Assembly (NCBI RefSeq): GCF_009914755.1 | Contig: NC_060947.1 | Origin: the human T2T-CHM13v2.0 reference genome, Homo sapiens | Direction: 5' to 3' (one strand) | Length of the DNA stretch: 64,000 nt | Part shown: in pieces, positions 45,527 through 56,780 of the stretch | Numbering within the stretch: position 1 is the stretch's first letter | Layout: each line of letters begins with the position of its first letter | Notes under the pieces: generated by a model | What the model was told of the DNA's origin: nothing | What the model saw: the letters and a program-made list of their open reading frames with translations, nothing else | The model's database searches: none | Made by a program: the position numbers and the translations under genes

Positions 45527-46109
45527 CAGGGGACCTCCCTTGGGAGATCAATCCCCTGTCCTCCTGCTCTTTGCTCTGTGAGAAAGATCCACCTACGACC
45601 TCAGGTCCTCAGACCGACCAACCCAAGAAACATCTCACCAATTTCAAATCCGGTAAGCGGCTTCTTTTTACTCTCTTCTCCAACCTCCCTCACTATCCCT
45701 CAACCTCTTTCTCCTTTCAATCTTGGCACCACACTTCAATCTCTCCATTCTCTTAATTTCAATTCCTTTCATTTTCTGGTAGAGACAAAGGAGACATGTT
45801 TTATCTGTGGACCCAAAACTCCAGCGCTGGTCACAGACTGGGAAGGCAGCCTTCCCTTGGTGTTTAGTCACTGCAGGGACACCTCTCTGATTATTCACCC
45901 ACGTTTCAGAGGTGTCAGACCACGCAGGGATGCCTGCCATGGTCCTTCACCCTTAGCAGCAAGTCCTGCTTTTCTAGGGGAAGGGGCAAGTACCCCAACC
46001 CCTTCTCTCCGTGTCTCTACCCCTTCTCTGCTTTTCTGGGGGAGGGGTAAGAACCCCCAACCCCTTCTCCTTCACCCTTAGTGGTAAGTCCCGCTTTTCT
46101 AGGGGGCAA

Positions 46110-46400
46110 GAATCCCTAATCCCTTATTTCCATGCCCCGACCTCTTATCTCTGCACCCCAATCCCTTATTTCCACACCCCGACCTCTTATCTCTGCACCC
46201 CAATCACTTATTTCCGTGCCCTGACCTCTTATCTCTGTGCCCTATCCCTTATTTCTGCACCCCAACCTCTTATCTCTGTGCCCAAATCCCTTATTTCCAT
46301 GCCCGGACCTCTTATCTCTGTGCCCCCATCCCTTATTTCCGTGCGCCAATCTCTTATGTCTGCACCCCAACACCTTATTTCTGTGCCCCAACCCCTTTCC
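46110..46400. repeat. Tandem repeat in the HERV-H leader (alternating cccttatttcc / cctcttatctctg units)
   Basis: Direct reading; a shorter counterpart lies in provirus B at 55310-55470. Confidence 0.85.
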
Positions 46401-47344
46401 CGCTTTTCTGGAGGGTAAGAACCCCCGAATCCCTTTCCTCCATGTCTCTACTCTCTTTTCTCTGGGCTTGCCTCCTTCACTATGGGCAACCTTCCACCCT
46501 CCATTCTTCCTTCTTCTCCCTTAGCCTGTGTTCTTAAGAACTTAAAACCTCTTCAACTCTCACCTGACCTAAAATCTAAGCATCTTATTTTCTTCTGCAA
46601 TGCTACTTGACCACAATACAAACTCGACAGTAGTTCCAAATAGCCAGAAAATGGCACTTTCAATTTTTCCATCCTGCAAGACCTAAATAATTCTTGTCGT
46701 AAAATAGGCAAACGGTTTGAGGTGCCTGATGTCCAGGCATTCTTTTACACATCGGTCCCTCCCTAGTCTCTGTGCCCAGTGCAACTCGTCCCAAATCTTC
46801 CTTCTTTCCCTTCTGCCTGTCCCCTCATTCCCAACCCCAACCATCACTGAGTCTTTCTAATCTTCCTTTTCTACAGAACCATCTGACCTCTCCCCTCCTC
46901 CCCAGGCTGCTCCTCGCCAGGCCGAGCTAGGTCCCAATTCTTCCTCAGCCTCTGCTCCTCCACCCTATAATCTTTTTATCACCTTCCCTCCTCACACACA
47001 GTCTGGTTTACAGTTTCATTCTGTGACTAGCCCTCTCCCACCTGCCCAGCAATTTCCTCTTAAAAAGGTGGCTGAAGCTAAAGGCATAGTCAAGGTTAAA
47101 TGCTCCTTTTTCTTTATCTGACCTCTCCCAAATCAGTTAGCATTTAGGCTCTTTCATCAAATATGAAAAACCCAGCCCAGTTCATGGCTCGTTCGGCAGC
47201 AACCCTGAGACGCTTTACAGCCCTAGACCCTAAAAATTCAAAAGGCCGTCTTATTCTCAATATACATTTTATTACCCAATCTGCTCCTGACATTAAATAA
47301 AACTCCAAAAATTAAATTCCAGCCCTCAAACCCCACAGCAGGAC

Positions 47345-49950
47345 TTAATTAACCTCACCTTCGAGGTGTGCAATAATAGAGTAGAGGCAGCCAAGTAGCG
47401 ACGTATTTCTGAGTTGCAATTCCTTGCCTCCACTGTGAGACAAACCCCAGCCACAGCTCCAGCACACAAGAACTCCAAACGCCTGAATCACAGCTGTCAG
47501 GGGTTCCTCCAGAACCTCCTTTCCCAGGAACTTGCTATAAGTACCTGAAATCTGGCCACTAGGCCAAGGAATGCCCAAAGCCCAAGATTCCTCCTAAGCC
47601 GTATCCCATACGTGTAGGACCCCACTGAAAATCAGACTGTTCAACTCACCAGGCCACTGGAACTCTGGCCCAAGGCTCTCTGACTGACTCCTTCCCAGAT
47701 CTTCTTGGCTTACCGGCTGAAGACTGACACTGCCCGATCACCTCGGAAGCCCCCAGACCATCACGGATGCCGAGCTTTGAGTAAATCTCACAGTAGAAAG
47801 TAAGTCCGTCCCCTTCTTAATCCATACGGAGGCTACCCACCCCACATTACCTTCTTTTCAAGGGCCTGTTCCTCTTGCTTCCATAACTGTTGTGGGTATT
47901 GACAGCCAGGTTTCTAAACCTCTTAAAACTCCCCAACTCTGGTGCCAACTTAGATAATACTCTTTTAAGCACTCCTTTTTAGTTATCCCCACCTGCCCAG
48001 TTCCCTTATTAGGCTGAGACACTTTAATTAAATTATCTGCTTCCCTGACTATTCCTAGGCTACAGCCACACCTCATTGCCACCTTTTCCCCCAGTTCAAA
48101 GCCTCCTTCACATCCTCCCCTTGTATCTCCCCACCTTAACCCACAAATATAAGACACCTCTACTCCCTCCTTAGCGACTGATCATGCACCCCTTACCATC
48201 CCATTAAAACCAAATCACTCTTACCCAGCTCAATGCCAAGATCCCATCCCACAGCATGCTTTGAAAGGATTAAAGCCTGTTATCACTCGCCTGTTACAGC
48301 ATGGCCTTTTAAAGCCTATAAACTCTTCTTACCATTCCCCCATTTTACCTGTCCTAAAACCAGACAAGGCTTACAGGTTAGTTCACGATCAGCACCTTAT
48401 CAACCAAATTGTTTTGCCTATCCACCCCATGGTGCCAAATCCATATACTCTCCTATCCTCAATACCTCCCTCTACAACCCATTATTCTGTTCTGGGTCTC
48501 AAACATGCCTTCTTTACTATTTGGACCCTTCATCCCAGCCTCTCTTTGCTTTCACTTAGACTGACCCTGACACCCATTAGGCTCAGCAAATTACCTGGGC
48601 TGTACTGCTGCAAGCCTTCACAGACAGCCCCCATTACTTCAGTCAAGCCCAAATTTCATCCCCATCTGTTACCTATCTCGGCATAATTCTCATAAAAACA
48701 CACGTGCTCTCCCAGCTGATCATGTCCAATTAATCTCCCAAACCTCAATCCCTTACAAAACAACAACGCCTTTCCTTCCTAGGCATGGTTAGTGTGGTCA
48801 GAATTCTTACACAAGAGCCAGGACCACACCCTGTAGCCTTTCTGTCCAAACAACTTGACCTTACTGTTTTAGCCTAGCCCTCATGTCTCCATGCAGCGGC
48901 TGCCGCTGTTTTAATACTTTTAGAGGCCCTAAAAAATCACAAACTATGCTCAACTGACTCTCTACATTTCTCATAACTTCCAAAATCTATTTTCTTCCTC
49001 ATATCTGACGCATATACTTTCTGCTCCCCGGCTCCTTCAGCTGTACTCACTCTTTGTTAAGTCCCACAATTACCATTGTTCCTGGCCCAGACTTCAATCT
49101 GACCTCCCACATTATTCTGGGTGCCACACCTGACCCTCATGACGGTATCTCTCTGATCCACCTGACATTCACCCCATTTCCCCATATTTCCTTCTTTCCT
49201 GTTCCTCACCCTGATCACGCTTGATTTATTGATGGCGGTTCCACCAGGCCTAATCACCACACACCAGCAAAGGCTGGTTATGCTATACTACAAGCCACTA
49301 GCCCGCCTCTTAGAACCTCTCATTTCCTTTCCATTGTGGAAATCTATCCTCAAGGAAATAACTTCTCAGTGTTCCATCTGCTATTCTACTACTCCTCAGG
49401 AATTATTCAGGCCCCCTCCCTTCCCTACACATCAAGCTTGAGGATTTGCCCCCACCCAGGACTGGCAAATTAGCTTTACTCAACATGCCCTGAGTCAGAT
49501 AACTAAAATACCTCTTAGTCTAGGTAGACACTTTCACTGGATAGGTAGAGGCCTTTCCTACAGGGTCTGAGAAGGCCACCGCAGTCATTTCTTCCCTTCT
49601 GTCAGACATAATTCCTCAGTTTAGCCTTCCCACCTCTATACAGTCTGATAACAGACCAGCCTTTATTAGTCAAATCAGCCAAGCAGTTTTTCAGGCTCTT
49701 AGTATTCAGTGAAACCTTTATATCCCTTACGGTCCTCTGTCTTCAAGAAACGTACAACAGACTAATGGTCTTTTAAAAACACACCTCACCAAGCTCAGCC
49801 ACCAACGTAAAAAGGACTGGATAATACTTTTACCACTTTCCCTTCTCAGAAGTCAGACCTGTCCTCAGAATGCTACAAGGTACAGCCCATTTGAGCTCCT
49901 GTATAGACGCTCCTTTTTATTAGGCCCCAGTCTCATTCCAGACACCAGAC
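47345..49950 (+). pseudogene. Provirus A gag-NC/pro/pol remnants, multiply disrupted
   Basis: ORF 48261-48686 LLKPINSSYHSPILPVLKPDKAYRLVHD...YSVLGLKHAFF (RT N-terminus); integrase-like gtagacactttcactgga. Confidence 0.85.
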
Positions 49951-52900
49951 TAACTTAGACTGTGCCCCAAAAAAACTTGTCATCCCTACTATCTTCTGTC
50001 TAGTCATACTCCTATTCACCATTCTCAACTACTCATACATGCCCTGCTCTTGTTTACACTGCCAGTTTACACTGTTTCTCCAAGCCGTCACAGCTGATAT
50101 CTCCTGGTGCTATCCCCAAACTGCCACTCTTAACTCTTGAAGTAAATAAATAATCTTTGCTGGCAGGACTATGCTGAATCTCCTTAGGCACTCTCTAATC
50201 AGATGTCCTGGGTCCTCCCAATTCTTAGATCTTTTATACCTGTTTTTCTCCTTCTCTTATTCCATTTACTTTTTCAATTCATACAAAACTGTATCCAGGC
50301 CATTACCAATAATTCTAAATGACAAATGTTTCTTCTAACAACCCCACAATATCACCCCTTACCAGAAAATCTTCCTTCAGCTTAATCTCTCCCACTCTAG
50401 GTTCCCACGCCGCCCCTAATCCCACTCGAAGGAGCCCTGAGAAACATCGCCCATTATCTCTCCATACCACCCCCCAAAATTTTCACTGTCCCAACACTTT
50501 ACCACTATTTCATTTTATTTTTCTTATTAATATAAGAAGACAGGAATGTCAGGCCTCTGAGCCCAAGCTAAGCCATCATATCCCCTGTGACCTGCACATA
50601 CACATCCAGATGGCAGGTTCCTCCCTTAACTGATGACATTCCACCACAAAAGAAGTGAAAATGGCCTGTTCCTGCCTTAACTGATGACATTGTCTCGTGG
50701 AATTCCTTCTCCTGGCTCATTCTGGCTCAAAAGCTCCCCCACTGAGTACCTTGTGACCCCCACTCCTGCCCGCCAGAGAACAACCCCCCTTTTCACCAAA
50801 TTTCATGCACATCCCTGTGAAGAGACCACCAAACAGGCTTTGTGTGAGCAATAAAGCTGTTTATTTAACCTGGGTGCAGGTGGGCTGAGTCCGAAAAGAG
50901 AGTCAGCGAAGGGAGATGGGGTGGGGCCGTTTTATAGGATTTGGGTAGGTAAAGGAAGAAGGGGGGTTGTTCTCTGGCAGGAGTGGGGGTCACAAGGTAC
51001 TCAGTGAGGGAGCTTTTGAGCCAGGATGAGCCAGGAGAAGGAATTTCACAAGACAATGTCATCAGTTAAGGCAGGAACAGGCCATTTTCACTTCTTTTGT
51101 GGTGGAATGTCATCAGTTAAGGCAGGCACCGGCCATCTGGATGTGTATCTGCAGGTCACAGGGGATATGATGGCTTAGCTTGGGCTCAGAGGCCTGACAT
51201 TCCTGTCTTCTTATATTAATAAGAAAAATAAAACGAAATAGTGGTAAAGTGTTGAGACGGTGAAAATGTTTTGGGGGTGGTATGGAGAGATAATGGGCGA
51301 TGTTTCTCAGGGCTGCTTGGAGCAGGATTAGGGGCGTCGTGGGAACCTAGAGTGGGAGAGATTAAGCTGAAGGAAGATTTTCTGGTAAGGGGTGATATTG
51401 TGGGGTTGTTAGAAGAAACATTTGTCATTCAGAATTACTGGTGATGGCCTGGATACAGTTTTGTATGAATTGAGAAACTAAACGGAATAAGAGAAGGAGA
51501 AAAACAGGTATTAAAGGACTAAGAATTGGGAGGACCCAGGACATCTGATTAGAGAGTGCCTAAGGAGATTCAGCATAGTCCTGCCAGCAAAGATTATTTA
51601 TTTACTTCAAGAGTTAAGAGTGGCAGTTTGGGGATAGCACCAGGAGATATCAGCTGTGACGGCTTGGAGAAACAGTGTAAACCGGCAGAGTAAAAAAGAG
51701 CAGGGCATGTATGATTAGTTGAGAATGGTGAATAGAAGTATGACTAGACAGAAGATAGTAGGGATGACAAGTTTTTTTGGGGCACAGTCTAAGTTAGTCT
51801 GGTGTCTGGAATGAGACTGGGGCCTAATAAAAAGGAGCGTCTATACAGGAGCTCAAATGGGCTGTACCTTGTAGCATTCTGAGGACAGGTCTGACTTCTG
51901 AGAAGGGAAAGTGGTAAAAGTATTGTCCAGTCCTTTCTAAGTTGGTGGCTGAGATTGGTGAGGTGTGTTTTTAAAAGACCTTTAGTCCGTTGTACTTTTC
52001 TTGAAGACAGAGGACTGTAAGGGATATAAAGGTTTCACTGAATACTAAGAGCCTGAAAAACTGCTTGGCTGATTTGACTAATAAAGGCTGGTCTGTTATC
52101 AGACTGTATAGAGGTGGGAAGGCTGAACTGAGGAATTATGTCTGACAGACGAGAAGAAATGACTGGTGACCATCTCAGACCCTGTAGGAAAGGCCTCTAC
52201 CTATCCAGTGAAAGTGTCTACCTAGACTAAGAGGTATTTTAGTTATCTGACTCAGGGCATGTTGAGTAAAGCTAATTTGCCAGTCCTGGGTGGGGGCAAA
52301 TCCTCGAGCTTGATGTGTAGGGAAGGGAGGGGGCCTGAATAATTCCTGAGGAGTAGTAGAATAGCAGATGGAACACTGAGAAGTTATTTCCTTGAGGATA
52401 GATTTCCACGATGGAAAGAAAATGAGAGGTTCTAAGAGGCGGGCTAGTGGCTTGTAGTATAGCATAGCCTACCTTTGCTGGTGTGTGGCGATTAGGTCCG
52501 GTGGAACCGCCATCAATAAATCAAGCGTGATCAGGGTGAGGAACAGGAAAGAAGGAAATATGGGGGAATGGGGTGAATGTCAGGTGGATCAGAGAGATAC
52601 CGTCATGAGGGTCAGGTGTGGTATCAGAAATAATGTGGGAGGCCGGATTGAAGTCTGGGCCAGGAACAATGGTAATTGTGGGACTTAACAAAGAGTGAGT
52701 ACAGCTGAAGGAGCCGGGGAGCAGAAAGTATATGCATCAGGTATGAGGAAGAAAATAGATTTTGGAAGTTATGAGAAATGTAGAGAGTGAGTTGAGCATA
52801 GTTTGTGATTTTGAGGGCCTCTAAAAATATTAGGGTGGCAGCAGCCACTGCATGGAGACATGAGGGCTAGGCTAAAACAGTAAGGTCAAGTTGTTTGGAC

Positions 52901-53184
52901 AGAAAGGCTACAGGGTGCAGTCCTGGCTCTTGTGTAAGAATTCTGACCGCACTAACCATGCCTACGAAGCAAAGGCATTGTTGTTTTGTAAGGGATTGAG
53001 GTTTGGGAGATTAATTGGACATGATCAGCAGGGAAAGCACGTGTGTTTTTATGAGAATTATGCCAAGATAGGTAACAGATGAGGATGAAATTTGGGCTTG
53101 ACTGAAGTAACGGGGGCTGTCTGTGAAGCCTTGTGGCAGTACAGCCCAGGTAATTTGTTGAGCCTAATGGGTGTCAGGGTCAGT

Positions 53185-53982
53185 CTAAGTGAAAGCAAAG
53201 AGAGGCTGGGACAAGGGGTGCAGGGGAATAGTGGAAAAAGCATCTTTAAGATCAAGCACGGAATAGTGAGTTGTGGAGGAAGGTATTGAGGACAAAAGAG
53301 TGTACGGGTTTGGCACCACAGGATGGATAGGCAAAACAATTTGGTTGATAAGGCGCAGATCCTGAACTAATCTGTAAGACTTGTCTGGTTTTTGGACAGG
53401 TAAAATGGGGGAATTGTACGGAGAGTTTATAGGTTTTAGAAGCCCATGCTGTAGCATGCAAGTGATAACAGGCTTTAATCCTTTCAAAGCGTGCTGTGGG
53501 ATGGGATATTGGCGCTGAGCGGGGTAAGGGTGATTAAGTTTTAATGGGATGGTAATGGGCATGTGATTGGTTGCCAGGGAAGGAGTAGAGATGTCCCATA
53601 CTTGTGGGTTAAGGTGGGGGGATATGAGAGGAAGAGGCGAAGGGGGCTTTGGACTGGGAAGAAGGGCGGCAATGAGACGTGGCTGTAGTCCAGGAATAGT
53701 CAGGGAAGCAGATAATTTGGTTAAAATATCTCGGCCTAATAAGGGAACTGGGCAGGTGGGGATGACTAAAAAAAAGTGCATAAAAGAGTGTTGTCCAAGT
53801 TCGCACCAGAGTGGGGGAGTTTTCAGCGGTTTAGAAGCCTGGCCGTCAATAGCCACAACAGTTATGGAGGCAAGGGAAACAGGCCCTTGAAAAGAAGGTA
53901 ATGTGGAGTGGGTAGCCTCCATATTGACTAGGGGGACGGACTTACCTTCCACTGTGAGAGTTACCTGAAGCTCGGCATCCAT
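53185..53982 (-). pseudogene. Provirus B protease plus RT N-terminus (265-aa open frame, catalytically defective)
   Basis: LVNMEATHSTL (degenerate DTGA), LLGRDIL, YRLVQDLRLIN, LDLKDAF; frame ends before any YXDD. Confidence 0.88.
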
Positions 53983-54122
53983 GATGGTCTACAGGGCTTC
54001 CAAGGTGATCGGGCAGCATCAGTCTTCAGCCGTTAATCCGAGAAGGCGTCAGTCAGAGAGCCTTGGGCCAGAGTTCCAGGGGCTCTAGGAGTGGCTGCCA
54101 GGTGAGTTGAACAGTCTGATTT

Positions 54123-54359
54123 TCAGTGGGGTCCCGCACAGATGCTACACGGCTTAGGAGGAATCCTGGGCTGCAGGCATTCCTTGGCCTGGTGGTCAGA
54201 TTTCTGGCACTTGTAGCAAGCTCCTGGGGGAGGAGGTTCTGGAGGAATGTCTGGCCGCTGCGGTTCAGGCATTTGGAAGTTCTTGTGTGCTGGAGATGTG
54301 GCTGGGGTTTGTCTCACAGTGGAGGCAAGGAATTGCAACTTTTTTCTATTATTGTACAC
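54123..54359 (-). pseudogene. Provirus B gag nucleocapsid remnant
   Basis: CYKCQKSDHQAKEC CCHC zinc knuckle plus a partial second knuckle CSICAGPH. Confidence 0.85.
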
Positions 54360-56478
54360 CTTGAAGGCGAGGTTAATTACATCCTGTTGTGGGGTTTGAG
54401 GGCTGGAATTTAATTTTTGGAGTTTTATTTAATGTCAGTAGCAGATTGGGTAATAAAATGTATTTTGAGAATAAGATGGCCTTTTGACCTTTTAGGGTCC
54501 AGGGCTGTAAAGCATCTCAGGGTTGCTGCCAAACGAGTCATGAACTGGGCTGGATTTTTATATTTGATGAAAAAGAGCCTAAACGCTATCTGATTTGGGA
54601 TAAAGAAAAAGGAGCATTAACCTTGACTATGCCTTTAGCTCCAGTCACCTTTTTAAGAGGAAATTGCTGAGCAGGTGGGGGAGGGCTAGTCATGGAACGA
54701 AACTGTAAGCCGCACCGGGTGTGAGGAGGGGAGGTGATAAAAGGATTATAGGGTGGAGGAGCAGAGGCTGAGGAAGAATCGGGACCTAGCTCAGCCTGGC
54801 CAGGAGGGGAGAGGTCAGATAGGTCTGTAGAAAAGGAAGATTAGAAAGACTCAGTGATGCTTGGGGTTGGGACTGAGGGGACAGGCAGAAGGGAAAGAAG
54901 GAAGATTTGGGATGAGTTGCATTGGGCACAGAGACTAGGAAGGGACCGATGTGTAAAAGAATGCCTGGACGTCAGGCACCTCAGACTGTTTGCCTGTTTT
55001 ATGACAAGAATTATTTAGGTCTTGCAGGATGGAAAAATTGAAAGCGCCATTTTCTGGCTATTTGGAACTACTGTCAAATTTGTATTGGGGTCAAGCAGCA
55101 TTGCAGAAGAAAATAAGATGCTTAGATTTTAGGTCAGGTGAGAGTTGAAGAGGTTTTAAGTTCTTAAGAACAGAGGCTAAGGGAGACGAAGGAGGAATGG
55201 AAGGTGGAAGGTTGCCCATAGTGAAGGAGGCAAGCCCAGAGAAAAGAGAGAGTAGAGACATGCAGGGAAGGGGTTCGGGGGTTCTTACCCTCCAGAAAAG
55301 TGGGAAAGGGGTCAGGGCACAGAGATACGAAGTCAGGGCGCATAAACAAGGGATTGGGGTGCAGAGATATGAGGTTGGGATGCAGAAATAAGGGATCGGG
55401 GCACAGAGATATAAGAGGTTGGGGCATGGAAATAAGGGATCGGGGTGCAGAGATATAAGGGGTTGGGGTAATTTCCCCTCCCCCAGAAAAGCGGGACTTG
55501 CTGCTAAGGGTGAAGGAGAAGGGGTTGGGGGTTTCTTGCCCCCCAGAAAGGCAGAGAAGGGGTAGAGACACGGAGAGAAGGGGTTGGGGTACTTGCCTCT
55601 TCCCCAGAAAAGCGGGACTTGCCGCTAAGGGTAAAGGACCAAGGTAGGCATCCCTGCATGGTCTGACACCTCTGAAACGTGGGTGAATAATCAGAGAGGT
55701 GTCCTGCAATGATTAAACACCAAGGGAAGTCTGCCTTCCCTAGTCCGTGACCGGCGCCGGAGTTTTGGGTCCACAGATAAAATGTGTCTCCTTTGTCTCT
55801 ACCAGAAAATGAAAGGAATTGAAATTAAAAGAAGGGAGAAATTGAAGTGTGGCACCAAGATTGAAAGGAGAAAGAGGTTGAGGGATAGTGAGGGAGGTTG
55901 GAGAAGAGAGTAAAAAGAGGCCACTTACCGGATTTGAAATTGGTGAGATGTTTCTTGGGCTGGTCAGTCTGAGGACCTGAGGTCGTAGGTGGATCTTTCT
56001 CACAGAGCAAAGAGCAGGAGGACAGGGGATTGATGTTCCCAAGGGAGGTCCCCTGATCCGAGTTACGGCATCAAATTTCATGTGCGCCTGTGTGAAGAGA
56101 CCACCAAACAGGCTTTGTGTGAGCAATAAAACTGTTTATTTCACCTGGGTGCAGGTGGGCTGAGTCTGAAAAGAGAGTCAGCGAAGGGAGATGGGGTGGG
56201 GCCATTTTATAGGATTTGGGTAGGTAAAGGAAGAAGGGGGGTTGTTCTCTGGTAGGCAGGAGTGGGGGTCACAAGGTACTCAGTGAGGGAGCTTTTGAGC
56301 CAGGTTGAGCCAGGAGTAGGAATTTCACAAGACAATGTCATCAGTTAAGGCAGGAACAGGCCATTTTCACTTCTTTTGTGGTGGAATGTCATCAGTTAAG
56401 GCAGGCACTGGCCATCTGGATGTGTATGTGCAGGTCACAGGGGATATGATGACTTAGCTTGGGCTCAGAGGCCTGACA

Positions 56479-56780
56479 AAGGGAGATAAGGGTGGGGCCA
56501 TTTTATAGGATTTGGGTAGATAAAGGAAAATTACAGTCAAAGGGGGGTTCTCTGGTGGGCAGAGTGGGGGTCACAAGGTGCTCAGTAGGGGAGCTTTTGA
56601 GCCAGGATGAGCCAGGAGAAGGAATTTCACAAGACAATTTCATCAGTTAAGGCAGGAAGAGGCCATTTTCACTTCTCTTGTGGTGGAATGTCATCAGTTA
56701 AGGCAGGAACCGGCCATCTGGATGTGTACATGCAGGTCACAGGGGATATGATGGCTTAGCTTGGGCTCAGAGGCCTGACA
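56479..56780 (-). mobile_element. Extra partial LTR7 (first 302 bp, U3 through TATA) directly upstream of the B 5' LTR
   Basis: Reverse complement tgtcaggcct...cctataaaatggccccacccttatctccctt, followed by TSD atccc at 56781-56785. Confidence 0.93.

Larger units (their letters stand above)
45106..50791 (+). mobile_element. HERV-H provirus A (env-deleted type): complete 5' LTR7, 3' LTR truncated after 245 bp
   Basis: LTR 45106-45506, PBS-His, leader, gag/pro/pol remnants, PPT aagaagacaggaa, LTR from 50547. Confidence 0.96.
50801..56478 (-). mobile_element. HERV-H provirus B (env-deleted type), both LTR7s complete
   Basis: 5' LTR 56076-56478, PBS-His 56056-56073, gag/pro/pol remnants, PPT, 3' LTR 50801-51199. 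Confidence 0.96.

Noticed and set aside
46110-46400. CRISPR-like repeat array
   Set aside because: Contiguous degenerate tandem units without unique spacers, inside a HERV-H leader in eukaryotic DNA.
49950-51800. Intact env gene
   Set aside because: Both arms have only about 600 bp between the pol remnant and the PPT. ORFs 50319-50633 and 51216-51428 have no envelope features.
45106-56780. DNA transposon with giant terminal inverted repeats
   Set aside because: The inverted ends are retroviral LTR7 U3 termini with PBS, PPT and gag-pol. There is no transposase.
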